NCBI GenBank assembly: GCA_963575745.1
Contig: CAUYUJ010000242.1
Coordinates: 1-64,000 of the forward strand
Direction: 5' to 3'
Source: Prorocentrum cordatum
Lineage: Eukaryota
Length of the DNA stretch: 64,000 nt
A program made the position numbers and the translations under genes. This document shows positions 49,420 through 62,200 of this stretch, one piece after another. Under the pieces are notes generated by a model. It was not told where the DNA came from, ran no database searches, and was given only the letters and a program-made list of their open reading frames with translations. The stretch's first letter is position 1, and every line of letters starts with the position of its first letter.

Positions 49420-51900
49420 ACCTGCCCCCTAACGTTCTCCTCGCCGTCTCGTTGCGCATAAACTGCGACAGCGCGGCGCGATTCCCAGCTGCGGCCTCGC
49501 GGGCGACCTGTTGCATCCACGCAGCAAAAAGATTATGCCAGTCCTCCTTGTGTTCCTTGCTCATCGCGTCGTCCCAGTTCGTTTTGAACCACTACCACTC
49601 CGACCTCTGCGCCTGTGAAAGGACGTCCTTGCCGCGAGCCAGGCGATCCAACGCCGCCATCCTGTGTTTCCTGATGTTCAACCCCTTCTGGCTTCCACTG
49701 GGCCATGGCGAACTTGCTCGACAGCGCGTCTTCCGCCGCGATTGCGGCCTCATTATTCGCCTTCCAGGTCGCGCAGCGCCAAGGTTCTGTCGTTCGCTCC
49801 CTTCGTCAATCGCCGCTTCTTTGCGCCGCTGCAGCTTTGTGATCTAGCTGCGCAGTCAAGGCTCGCAGGAGATTGCCGTCGTCGCGAGAACTCTCGCTGG
49901 CGTTTCTGTTCATCTTGCGCGCCTCGCTTCTACAATGCATTGCAGGGCTCTGCATACCCACTTCCCGTAACATTGTTTCGGTCTCTTTGAGTGTTTCCTG
50001 CATGGGCACCGCCGCTGCCGCGTGCTCGGCCGCGCCTGCGTCGACTGCGACCTCCACGGCGTCCACCGCGGGTGCGGCGGGCGAGTTCGCATCCGCTGCT
50101 GCGGTTTCAGCGTCTGCCGCAACAGCCTCCTCCCACCCCTGCTCCTCGTCCGCGTCGTCGGCGCCGTTCCCCATCGCCATCGCCCTCGTCCGTCCCCCCC
50201 TCCGCGCCATCCTCCTCCTCGTCTTCATCCTCTTTCGTCGTCTTTCCTTCTTCCTCGCCCAGATTGGCGAGGACTTTGTCTGACTCACTGTGCGTTGCGC
50301 AGAGAAGTGTGGGGCGTTGTCTGCCGTTGTGCGACCGCTTGAGCCTGCTCTCGGAAACCCGCCTCTGTCCACAGCGCCGCCGCCTCCCTGCAGATCTCCA
50401 GGTCGCCTGGCTTGTCGAGCGGCGCCCTGATGCCCGTCTGCAGGAAGCCGTCTGCGGCGTTCAAGTGGAGCTGCAAGTTATTCAGCACCTCGACCATAAA
50501 GTCCACGCAGTCCCCCCGCTTCAAGTGCGGAGCCTTTTTGTTGTCATGTGTCATTTGCCGGATCAGCCTGGCGACTTCGCGAGCGATGTATTCGCGCTTG
50601 ACGCGTTGGTTGAGGTCCGTGCCCACGGGCTGCGCTACTGCGGTTGTCCCGCCACCATGAATGATGAGGACGTAGCCGTGCTGCCGCGCGAGTCTCCTGA
50701 CCGCATCTGAGTCGCGGGGGCCGTGTGCGTCGGCCATGAGGATTCGCCGCGGCCCCCGCGCTTTCGCGTCGTCCGGCCACTCGCGCAAGCGCCGCTTCGG
50801 GAATGCGACGACGCGCTCGTGGCGATACCTCCCCTCTTCGGAAGTCGTCGTGGACACCCAGGGAGGGTGCTCGTTACTGGGAGCGCGCGCTGCGAGATTC
50901 CTCGCAATCTCGGGCCCCCCCTTGAAGATCAGCTCCGCAGGCGGCGGCCCGCGACTGCGGATCTCCTCTTTGTCGCTGGACACCGTGAGGTTCGCCGTCA
51001 ACTTGGCTTTGCCGCGGCCGCGCGCTTCGACCAGCGGGGCGACGCCCCCCTTCGCGGAGAGGCGCGGCTTCTCAGCAGAGCCCGCCTCGTTGCGGTGGAA
51101 AGGGGACGGGGGCTGGCCCCAGTTGAGGACGCGCTGGCCGTGCCCAAGAAGGGCGTCCGCGGCGGCGCGCGCCCTGGGCACGTTCAAAATCATCGCGTCG
51201 AAACTGGACCGCAGAAGCCATTTCGGCATCTTACACTTGCGGTTCAGCTTTCGCATGCTCAGACCGTGCGCGCGCCGCCGCTTCGCCCGCCACCTTGGCC
51301 GCAACTGCGGTGCCGAAGGTCTGAGTCCGGGCCCCTGCTTCAATGCTTCCACGCAATGTTGCGCTGCGAGTTGCCGCGCTTTCGCGACCAGCAGGGCTTG
51401 GGTGAATATTGCCATGATCTTCGGGCGCTCCTGCGCGACTGCGCTCCTCTTCGCGACGGCTTTCTAGTCCACAGAATACCTCATGTGCGACCACCAGTCG
51501 TACAGAGAAACTTCCAACCATGCGCACTTCGCATGACGACCAGCGCCATCTGCGCGACGTCTGCTTTTTGAGTATCCGCTTTCGAAGGGTGCGGCACCAC
51601 CCCCTGCATGTTTTTCCAGCGCCACCACCACTTTGTCACGGCTGATGCCTGCGTTCTCTCGTTCATGCTTGTCAGCCATTTGCGTTGCTGACAAAAGCCG
51701 ACCACAATGCCCCGCGTCAGCCGCCCGCAGACCCAACCGCGACTGCGGGCGTACTCCTGGAGCCCCCTGCACACCGCGTTGCGATCTGCGAGCAGCCAGG
51801 CGCGCGCTGGCTTCTTCATTTTCGTGACTGCGACGACGGGTTGTTGCTTGAAGGCCTCGTGCGGCCTGATTTGCTCTTCCCGCGTCGGCTCGGGCATGCC
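49420..51900 (-). pseudogene. pogo-like DDE transposase with a CENP-B-type HTH and a C-terminal extension
   Basis: LEVSLYDWW (HTH-like); VLNWGQ (NxDQ position); RILMADAH; IHGGGTTAVAQPVGTDLNQRVK (QPxD position). Two catalytic Asp positions read Gly, and stops are present. Confidence 0.7.
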
Positions 51901-52649
51901 ACCTGCGATTGCCAGCAAAGCACCGTCATCGCGCAAACCCGTCTGCCACCGGAAGGCCTGGAGAAGCTCGGGCCTGGCCGAAAGCGGAGGCTGCGCGACC
52001 ACCTGCTGGTCCACAACGTGCGTTCTCGCCCCGCCCTCGTCGTCGTCGCCGTCGTCGTCGGAACGCGCTGCGGTATCCATCCGCGGAGCTTTCGCCGCAG
52101 GTGCACTCTCTTGCGGCGGCGCTGGAGGCGCGGGGGCTCGCATCCGCATTGGCGCCGCGGTCGGCGCCGCCACTGAGGCCGCTGCATCTGGGTCGGGGCG
52201 CGGAAAGAACTGCGCGGCACTCTCGGACCACGTCGCTGGCAACGGGAGCGCTGGCAGCATGCGCCCTACAGATGCTGCAACCCCGCTCGCTTCTACTCCC
52301 GCGGCGACCTCAACCGCACCTGCGGCGTCATCTCCAGGCGGTGGAGTTCCTGATGCCGCTCCCCCTTCTGCGCTCTCTGGCGCGGCTGCGCCCTCTGGCG
52401 CTGCAGTCGCGTCTGCGGCGCCCTCTCCCGCCGCTGCGGCCACTGGGACTTCGGATTTGAAGGGGGAGGGGGAGGAGGATGGGCGGGGGTGGGGAGGGAG
52501 ACGATGGGGGCGAGGAGGGCGAGGAGGAGGACGAGGGCCTCCGAGCGGGAGCTGGGGGAGATGGAGGAGGAGGAGGACGACGACGAAGTCCTGATGAGGA
52601 CGCGTCGCCTTCGGCGGCTGGGGCCGCCACTCCTTCCCCTGCCCCTGGA

Positions 52650-53828
52650 TCCGACGGCGCCGCTGGCGGGCGCCAGTCGAACGCTCCATGCCTCCCTTCG
52701 CCCCGCTGTGCAACGCAGTCGTCTTGCGCGCACGCGTGCGCCTTGATGTTCTCAGGGCGCATATCCCCGCTACTGCGGTTCCAGATGTTTACGAAACGTG
52801 GCGCCGTAGCGGGTCTCTCTCGGCTTTCCACCGCTAGGATACTTCAACCATTCCACTTCGCAATGGATGGCATCCTTGCATTTGCCATGCCATCGCGTGC
52901 CAACTGGCGCGCCCACGGGAAACCCGATCGCCGCGCGCTGCTGCTTGAGCCTCGAACGCGGCCGCGGGGAGGGGGGCTGCTTACCGAGAAGGGGCGCTGA
53001 ACATGCTGGACGAATGAAGACACGCAACGATAAGTAATGCATCGGAAGGGGGGGGGACGCGAGGAGCACGCGATCGCGGGGAATGTATTTTTCTGACAAA
53101 TGCCCATCTCCCCGACGAGTGATTGCCCCCCACGGCGCGCCCCGACGCGCGCGCTCACGCGGCGACCTCGCGGTCTGCGGTCCGCCATTTGCAGCCTGCG
53201 GTCCGCCGTTGCAGCCCGCGGCCCGCCACTGCGGCGGTCTGCCGCGGGTCCGCCACTGCGGTTCCCCCGTGGCTTAGCCGATGATCTGCGGCACCTTCAT
53301 TTCCAGGTGCTCCTGCGGCGCCTGCTTCTTCTGGGCGGGCGTGATGTTCTCGCAGTTGTAATCGTACCTTTCCGCTTCGGCGATGTCCTTCCATTTCGTC
53401 TTCGTCAACTTCTTGCATTCCAGTTCGATGGCATTCCCTTTGCGCTTGCCCTCGCGCGTGACCGCTGCGGCCCACGTGCCCTTGAAACCCCAAGCAATCG
53501 CGAAGCCGACGCCGCCCCCCTCGGCCGCGCGCTCCTCGGGCGGACGGTCCGCCAGGTCAATGTGGATGACGCCAGGGTCTCCACTGCCCACTGGATCCGA
53601 CGCTGACCGCGACGGCGCGGCTGCGCTTTCGTCGCGGTCAGCGTCGGCGAGACGCGGAACGCCGCCGACGCCCGCGTCATCCCACATCATCTGGAACAAC
53701 CAATTCACGCCCAGAGCATCCAGGCCGAACATTCGTCGCTCGAACTTTGCCGCGCGCGCAGAACGCATCTCTGCGTTGGTTGGGCACGTCAGAACACTCT
53801 TGGCGCGCGCCCTTAGGGTCAACGCCAA
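52650..53828 (-). pseudogene. Fragmented unknown ORF upstream of the transposase
   Basis: Protein-like stretches (FERRMFGLDALGVNWLFQMMWDD; FAIAWGFKGTW; PRFVNIWNRS) in several frames. Confidence 0.3.
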
Positions 53829-54261
53829 CGGCGCTACAATATCATCCGGCGGTCGCCGGCACCCCCTTCCCCCCCCCGCCCTGCCGGCGCGGTGCTTTGC
53901 CTCTTGCGGGGGGCCTCGGGGGGGGGGGTCCGCGCCGCCGCCCAGACTCGTCGCGGGGTCGTCGCCCTCCTCTTCCTCCAGGGCGATTCCCCCGCCGCCT
54001 GCAGCTATCTATGCCGCTGTCAGGAGCTCGCGTGCGCGGCGCCCCTTCAATTGGCCCTTCTTTGCAACCTGGCGCGGGGGGCGCGCCCTCATAATCCAGT
54101 CCTTCGCCGAGGTCACGTGCGCAAGCGCCGCTGCCCAGAGGTCCTTGGGAACCACGAAATGGTTCCGGACATTTTCGCTCTTCAAAAAGAACGAATTTTG
54201 GTTCCGGATCGATGCTGTTACACAAAATGGCTCCGGAGATATATTCTGGTTCCGGAAAATG

Positions 54262-54515
54262 ATTATATATATATGTATAGGCATATATATGTATGTAAAT
54301 ATATATACACATACATATATATATATTGTGGATGCAAAAATACGTCTGAACATATGAACATATATGTATTCATGTGATTACGTATATACACATGTATAAT
54401 TTCACATGCACATATATGTGTGTATGTATACATATGCACATACGTACGTATGCAAGTACTTATTTTTGCATATATACATATTACATATACATGTGTATGA
54501 GCGTATATGTGTGTA
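54262..54515. repeat. Degenerate (TA)n/(TACA)n microsatellite
   Basis: Alternating purine-pyrimidine AT-rich tract. Confidence 0.9.
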
Positions 54516-54630
54516 AGTAGTTGTAGATTCGTCCCTCCCTGTCTGTTATCATGTCCACCATTCACGGGCCGTCCCTCCCTTGAACTCTCGGCCTGCCCCT
54601 TGCTTGCGCGCCAGCGTCGGCGGGCTCAAG

Positions 54631-55385
54631 ATGGCAAGCCCCGCAGAAGCGCCCGAGAAGGGCGCCGACGCGACTGATGGCGACGACGGCGACAACCTTG
54701 AGTCGACCGTCAAGCCAGTGGTGATCGCGAAGGCGGCCACGCACGCAGGGCAGGGGGAAGAGAGAAGGAATGCGCATTAGGGAAAGGAGAGCGATGGCGA
54801 GTGCTTGCCATCGGCCCCCTCCCCCCGCCCCCCCCTGCCCATCATCCGACCCTTGCAGCGCCCATTCGAATTCGGAACGTTGCCATCCTCGCCCGTGCAT
54901 CCCTTGCCCCCCCCCCCCACTCAGATTTATTCTCCGCTCGCAGCCATCGTTCTCCCGCAACTCTTCTGATGTCGTTCTCTCCCCATCCTCCACCCGACCG
55001 CGATCCCGACTCGAGGCGCTGCTGGAGTTTGTGGACGGCCCGATGTTCTTCATGTACCCCAGGGGCATGCGGCAGGCGGAGGTGATCACAGAAAGACTGG
55101 CTGAGGAGGGGAGCGGGGTAGCAGTGGCGAGGGCAAGGAGGGATGGGGGCGGAGGTTGACGGAGAAGGAGGAGGAAGAGGGGGAGGAGCAGGAGGAGGAG
55201 GAGGAGGAACAGGAGCAGGAGAAGCAGGACGGAGAGGGGGAATACAAATGAGGAGGCGACAACAGAGAAAGAGATGGAGACAGGAGGATCGAGGAGATGA
55301 GGGCACTGGGAACGGAGCGGGAGATGAAGATGATGAGGAACAACAGGATGCACGAGATGCGGGACAGGAAGGAAACCAGTGGGCC

Positions 55386-55420
<35 letters not shown>

Positions 55421-57920
55421 ACAAAGAGCGAGAGAGAGAAAGAGAGATAAGGAGAGAAGGGGAGATACGACACACGAAAGATAATGCTGGGATCGTCGGG
55501 GAAACTACCCTGAATAAAGAGGAGGAAGAGGGGGAAGATGAGGGGGAAGAGGAGGAGGAAGAGGGGCATCGTCGCCGTCGTCGTCGGCACCGCAACCCCT
55601 CGGGCGGGCAGCACGAGAGCATGCTCAAAAAGCTCCGCGAGATTGTTGAGGGCGAGAAGGTGCCCATCGAGATATGGAGGAACGCATTGCGCCTGGTGCA
55701 CTCCCTGAAGAAGACTGGCGGCTTGGGGAAGCTATCTAGCACGGTGGGGAAAGGGGTCATGCATGCGCACTTGCCTGGTGGTGTTGCAAGTAGTCCCGCC
55801 CGTCCGCATTCCCCTCTTCATCCACCCCTCATCCTCAATCCCCCCCGCCCTCCTTAACCTGCCTCCTGCTCCATCCCGCCCTCCCAAATCCTCGCATACA
55901 GTCGAGGTCGATTATTAGGTCGACCCTGCCAATCAAAGGTACCCTTGTGCCCTGTGTGTCGCGACCCCTGCCTCCTACATTCCTATGGGAATGTGGCCCT
56001 CGAAAGGGTCTTGCGTCCTATCGCGTGTCCTATCCAATCAATCCCGACTGTAACGTGTCGCTACGGGGTAGGGCAGGAAGTTGACGAGCGGGTGGAAGTT
56101 CGTACTGACAGGCTCCGCACCGCATTGTGCCACATCCGCGATGCTCTGAAGAGGCATCCAGACACGAAATGGGTGCGGCCGTTCATGACGCCTGTCAAGA
56201 AGCCAGCTGCAGCAGAACTCGACGGCGAGGAGACAGGTGGAGGCCAGGAGAAGCAGACTCAGGAGCAGGTCAAGGATGCCGACGAGAGCAAAGATGAAGA
56301 TAAGAAAGATGACGAGGCGGCGGAGGAGATAGAACAACAAGAAGAAGAGGAGGAAGAGGACGAGGAGGAAAAGAAGGAGGAGGAGGAGGAGGAGGAAGAG
56401 GGCTCAGTTCAGAAGAAGCCAGCAGGAGTTCGTAAGAGGCCGTCGGCAAAGAGTGCACCAGTCGCGAAGAAGCCAGCCACGAAAGTAGATGATGATGCCG
56501 CAGGGCCGAAGCCAGCAAAACGCCTGAAAGCAAAGACTCCAGAAAAGATAGCCCCCCATGTGACAGAACCAAAAGATGAGCAGACCGCTGGTCCAGGGCC
56601 GCTGTTTGGATATGATAGGAATAAGTTCGAGTCCTGTGATGGCGGTGATGATGGATTCGACGAGATCGAGGGCGGCGGGTTCGACGCTGCATATTCGTTT
56701 GGCATGTCACCGAGGCACCCCGAAAGAACGCCTGAGGAGACGGTGAAGAGGATGAGGCTGGACCCAGGGCAGGAGGCTGCTGTACAAGGGGCAGCAGGCA
56801 TCGCAGCAGTCGAGGCCCCACAAGCAGCAGCAGCAGCAGCAGCAGCAGCACCAGCAGCAGCACCAGCAGCAGCAGCAGCAGCAGCAACAGCAGGTTCGGC
56901 AGCAGCCAGTTCAGAGCCAGCAGCCCATGCCACAGCAACAGAGACGAGCAAGGACAAGGCAGCCAAACAGGACAAGACAGCAAAGTGGTGCAAGGATAAA
57001 GGCATGGCGTACATGCGAAATGAGAACTCGAAAGGCAAAAAAACGGCACCAATCTACAGCAATGAATTTGATACTTCGACTATCGAGGGTGAGGTGAGGG
57101 CACTGTTTGGCGATGAGTGGGTTCGAGTGGAAAGCATGACACCGGACGACTTAGCAGAGGTGCAGAAAGTGAAAGCAAGCGGGACGGGCCGAGTTCCACC
57201 AGTCAGTGAAGGGATGACGCCTGACGGGAAAAAGAAAGTGGAAGCGAAACTGAAGCCTCAGAAGGACAGTAATTGTTGTCCTCGTACTTCTGCTGCTTTC
57301 ACTCGCCAGGCCTCCCCCATTCACAGTCCTCAGTGATCTCTCTCCCTTCATTCCTCACCCCTCATCACACATTCCTCCTTATTCGGCCCGCCCATCCCCT
57401 CGCTCCTCATCGCCAACCCTCGTCGCTCATGCCCTCACCCCTCCCCTGGGGGAGGGGTGAGGACAAGGGCGATGAGGGAGCTCCCTCTGACTCCGTCGCC
57501 CCACCTCTACAGCCGCCCCGCCCCGAGGACAGGAACGATATCTATGTGCTGCAGGAGAAGGTCGACGCGCCTGGCGAGAAATGGAAGCAGATCTGCCAGA
57601 TCACCATCAGGGACAGGATTACGGAGGAGTTGGCCGAAAAGATCATCGTCGAGGTTTGCAAACAGTATTGCGAAGGCCACGCGCTGGGAGCGATGCAGGG
57701 CGGGATCAGGGAGAGCAGCGATGAACTCGCCAATGAAGTGCAATGAAGTGCGATGAAGTGCGACGAGGCGGGAGGAGATTTGGAGGCGAGTGGGGAAGAG
57801 GGGGGGGCAACGGGAGGTACAGAGATGGAAGGAAGCATAAGTCAATACCGAACAGGGCGAGGCAGAGTGGGAGAGAAGGAGAGAGCGAGAACGAGATAGA
57901 GACATGCAACAAACAACATA

Positions 57921-57955
<35 letters not shown>

Positions 57956-58254
57956 TAAGAGGAGGGAGCGGGGGATGGAGATAGGGGGCTTGAATGGAAG
58001 ACGGAAGCAGGGAGACGGCTGATTTAAAATGCTGGCAGGCAAAGTGGACTCCGACGGCATGTACAAGTTGCGGGACGAGCTTATCAAGAAGTGTGTACCT
58101 GCGGACGCACCTGGTGGGACAGCATTGATCGTACTTGCATTGTGTGTTTACACCGTTCTGTATGTTTACACAGGTTTTGCACTTATCATACTTGGCGCAT
58201 GTTTCCCTCGTCGTTTTGATTTCTTGCCCAGGTGGTATTCGCCCTGGCCAGTAG
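54631..58254 (+). CDS. 7-exon gene, ~585-aa unknown protein with an acidic tract and KKPA/KRP basic repeats. Exons: 54631-54732, 55016-55105, 55612-55743, 56077-57264, 57528-57675, 58039-58113, 58232-58254
   Basis: The exons join in phase into one ORF ending in TAG. Donors are GC, GA, GT, GA, GC, GT; all acceptors are AG. Introns are low-complexity. Confidence 0.6.
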
Positions 58255-58916
58255 CCAGAGCCTCCTCCTGTTTCTCTCTGTTCTGCTGGTCCTCCGCCTC
58301 ACCCCTGGCCCTGCCTCTCCCGCCCTCGCGCTAGTCCTCCCCCCTACCCTCATGTTGCGAATCACCCGCGCGTTCTACGCGCACCCTCCAAGTTGCCGCT
58401 GGCCCTTGCCTCTAATCCTTAGCCCCGCAGTTTCCAACGGCCCACATCTATAATGGCGGAGGGGAGGTGGCCAAGCTGACGGTCCCCGTGGTGTCCGTGA
58501 TCAGTCAGCGTCAGACTGACGCTGCCGCGGCGTGTGCCGCACCAGCACTGCATTGCAGTTATGAGCTGCAGAGAAATGATGGACAGACGAACTGCCCAGG
58601 AGGAGGATGGAGAGGAGGAGGACCAGGAGCAAGGAAAGGAGGCATTGGCAGGGACCACACCAGTTTCGCTAGTAAGGAGGAGTGAACATGGGCATGGCTT
58701 GGTATCGCTCGGACGTGTGCACTTTCCCGACGGGAATTATTAAGGAGCACCCTGGATCATCCTGCGAAATACAAAGCAACGCACGAAACCGAACAAAACA
58801 CAGACAATGGACGTCCGAGCGACGGGGGGATGGGGATCAAGACAATGGGCAAGACTGGGCGGAGGCACCGGGGACGGACACGTACAAGAGAAATGCCCCG
58901 ACGCAGCCCATCTAGA

Positions 58917-59057
58917 CACGATGTCCTAGAACGATCCATCCGATCGTCCCGATGCCCCGATGTCCTAGAGACGATGTCCCGATGTCATAGGGACGTCCCG
59001 ATGCCCTAGAAAAGATGTCCATCCGATCGTCCCGATGTCCTAGAGACGATGTCCGAA
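58917..59057. repeat. CGATGTCC-based minisatellite between the two genes
   Basis: Repeated CGATGTCC/CTAGAGA/CGATCGTCC units. Confidence 0.75.
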
Positions 59058-59292
59058 TGCACCGAGCAGCCCCAATCAATCCGTCTGCTCATATATACCC
59101 GCCCCCATCCCAAGCTTCCCCCTCCTCGTTCCCATCCTCCTCCTCCTCCTCTCCCTCCTCCTTCTCCTCCTCCCGTTCCTCCTCATCCACCTCCACCTAC
59201 ACCTCGAGAACGACTCGGCCCGAGCAGCGCTGGTCGAGCTGGGTCCACATACCACTACAAGTAGGGTTCCATATCACTAGAAGGTCAGATTC

Positions 59293-62200
59293 ATGTCGTT
59301 CCCTAGCGGCGTCGGTAGCGGCATGCCGCCGACTGGGGACACAACCTTCGTGGCGTTTCGTGGTCGTGGTCGCAAGATGGACGGCGACGGGAACTTTCAA
59401 GGGGTGTTCGCTGAGGGGGACTACGGCGGTGACGAGCAAGTCGCTGAGGCGATGAGGCTGTCAGCAAGCCAGGCCGAACAGCAGGTGATCGAGTTGCATG
59501 ATTCCGATGACGAGGATTCCCTGGGGTCCGAAGTGCCTCTCCGTTCTATGTGTGCTCAATATTATATCCCCACCTGCCCCCCCCCACCACCCCCGCCACT
59601 GGCATCCTAGGAGAGAAAGGAGAGCGACAGTTCTCTCATCTTCGATGTTGCTTCGAATTTCTCCACGCTGACCTTTCGAACGTTCGCGATCGGTCTAAAC
59701 TCGGACTGTGAGTCTGCGCTTGACGTCGGTGAGGAGGAATACGATGCACTTCCGCCCTTGCCCCCATCCCCCCTTGTAATCATTACCCTCCTCCTCCGTC
59801 TCGCCTCGACCTCCCATAGAGGCGCCGCTCTCCCAGTACGCCCATCCAGCGCCTGTGGCCGCCGCCAACGACGGTGGCGACATCGACATCCCAACGGGCC
59901 AGCCAGGGCCTGAAACGCAGATCGACGCCGAGACCTCCGTGACCAAGCACACGCAGACGTTGGTGGATGACGCCATGGGCCCTGCAGACCAACGCACCCC
60001 GATGCACGAGTCCAAATTCCATCACGCCCTGGCCGTGCACCGCGAGGGCGACCCGCCCTCCCAGAACCAGTCCGAGCAGGCGCACGCGGCGCCCGCCAGC
60101 CAGCTCGTGCACGTTTCCTCCAGTGAGGGCAGCCAGCCAGCGGGTGCTCACCAGCCAGAGCCACAGCCCGAGGCAACGCCCGCCCCAGCGACGCACCAGC
60201 CAGAGCCACAGCCCGAGGCAACGCCCGCCCCAGCGGCGCCCGAGCAGCAAGGGGCGTCCAATGGGAGCGGGTTGTCGCCCCTGCCAGATCGTATGCCCGA
60301 CGATCCAGACGAGCGCAGGCGTCTCTACGCCCGCGTTGGCTGGTGTCTTCCAGGCAGCTCCAGCGAACAGTTGCGAATGTCGCCAAGCACGCGCCCATAC
60401 CACAAAGAGAGCCAACTCGGAGCCGATGACCACACGGGGAACGGAGAGGATGACCACACGGGGAACGCCGAAACGGAGGCCGAGAAGCCAGCTACGGACA
60501 CGGGGACCGCCGCCATGCAGGTCGACAGTGCTTCAGTTGCGAACACGGTGGGCCGTGCCGCGTAGGAGAGGAAAATGATGAGGAGGGAGGTGGATAGCCA
60601 GATGACAATACCGATGCTGAAGATGACGACGACGACGGTAGCGGCAACGATGTGACAATCACAGTGCATAACCTTGTTAGGTGGACAGCCACAACAGCAC
60701 CAACGACAGCAGCGGCCTCGTGCAGGTCAAAGCAGAGCCCCCCACGGAGAACGCTGGTGACCAGCAAGGGCTGATGGGCCGCATCCAGCAGCTGGAGTTG
60801 ATGCTGCAACAACGGGGTGAACAAGAACTGAAAAAAACATGCAGCACAACAGATGGCTGGCGCCGACCACGGCTTGATCAAACAGCTGGAGGAGGCCATC
60901 AAAAACGGGGTGAAGACGAGAACGCCAGTGTCGCAGCAGTTCGAGAGAGCGGTGAAAGCCGACCCCGAGTTGGCAAAGGCACCGATGATTAAACATGTTA
61001 GTGTCGAAACCATGTAAAACCATACACCCTGCCTGTCTTAGCCAAGACGAAGGGGTGTACATTGGGTCGGGACTGGGGGAGGGCCGCCCACCGCAGGCAT
61101 TGGCAGCAGTCGGGAACGGTGTCCAGGCGAAGGCCCAGTTCAGGAAGGAGTGGGCCGAGAAGAAGCTCAAAAAGGTGAAGGAGCAATTCTCGAAGACCGA
61201 CTGCTACCGCAAAGTGGGGGGGGGGGGCATGTTCGCTCTACGTCAATGTGTCTGGAACCGTATGTTTGGTTGGTCCCGCTCTCCCTCTCTCTCTGTCTCT
61301 CTCCCTCTCTCTCTCTCTCTGGTGTGGCGTTCTAGTTTCATCTCTCTGTTTCAGTGGTTCGCTGATCTCTGCCTATCATTGTGCCCTCTCTCCCTCTCTC
61401 TCTAATTGTCCCCTCTCTCTCGCAGTCTCGCGCCGATCATTGTGGCGGGAGGTGACGAGCGAGCACGGGGTCTACAGGAGCTTCTCGAGGATCGTGCAGG
61501 TGGGCACCATGGGGGGGCGAGTGATGCGCACATCTGGCATGGCATACGCCTTCGCATGCTCCTACAGTTCCCCCGCGTTCTCCATACGTTCCTCCTCCAC
61601 CTCCTCCCTCCTCCTCCTCCTCCTCCTCACCCTCCTCATCCTCCTCCTCATCCTCATCCTCCTCCTCCTCCTCCTCCTTCGCTTCCTCCTAATCCATGTG
61701 TTGTTCTAAGTCATCAAGCCTCCCCCAATGCCCTCGGCAAACGTCGTGTACGTGGTCAGTGGTGCTGGGTCAATTCTTTCTGCACGGTCACGCTCGCTGT
61801 GAGTTCGAACGGAGGGCGGGCAGGAGGAGGGCGGCTACGACGACCCCAGCAACATCGTGGCCGCCCAGAACTACGTGGAGAGCTGCATCAAGATGGGCGG
61901 TGACTGGTGCAGGTGGGACGCCATGGCCAAGCGCATGCGCTACCTCTACCTCGAGGTCGGCAAGCGCGAGGAGATGGAGCGCGCGTGGACGCAGTACGCC
62001 GAGCTGGCGCCTGCGGACTCGCTGGAGGTTGTGATCGGCGAGTCCATCCAGAGCGTGCGTGCGTTGGGATCCCAGGAGGTCATTGGGATCGATCTGCTTC
62101 CCTGCCGCTCATCCTCCTCGTTCGATACAAGCAGTGCTGCTGCTGCTCCACCTCCTCCTCCTCATCGTCATCACCACCAGCCACATCAGCAACACCAGCA

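Larger units (their letters stand above)
47400..54262 (-). mobile_element. Decayed large pogo/Tigger-like (DDE_1) DNA transposon with passenger ORFs; left boundary approximate
   Basis: Transposase remnants with co-oriented flanking ORFs; a dispersed CCGCNRCTGCGG motif shared across the span; 4x TGGYTCCGGA near the right end, abutting (TA)n. Confidence 0.6.
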
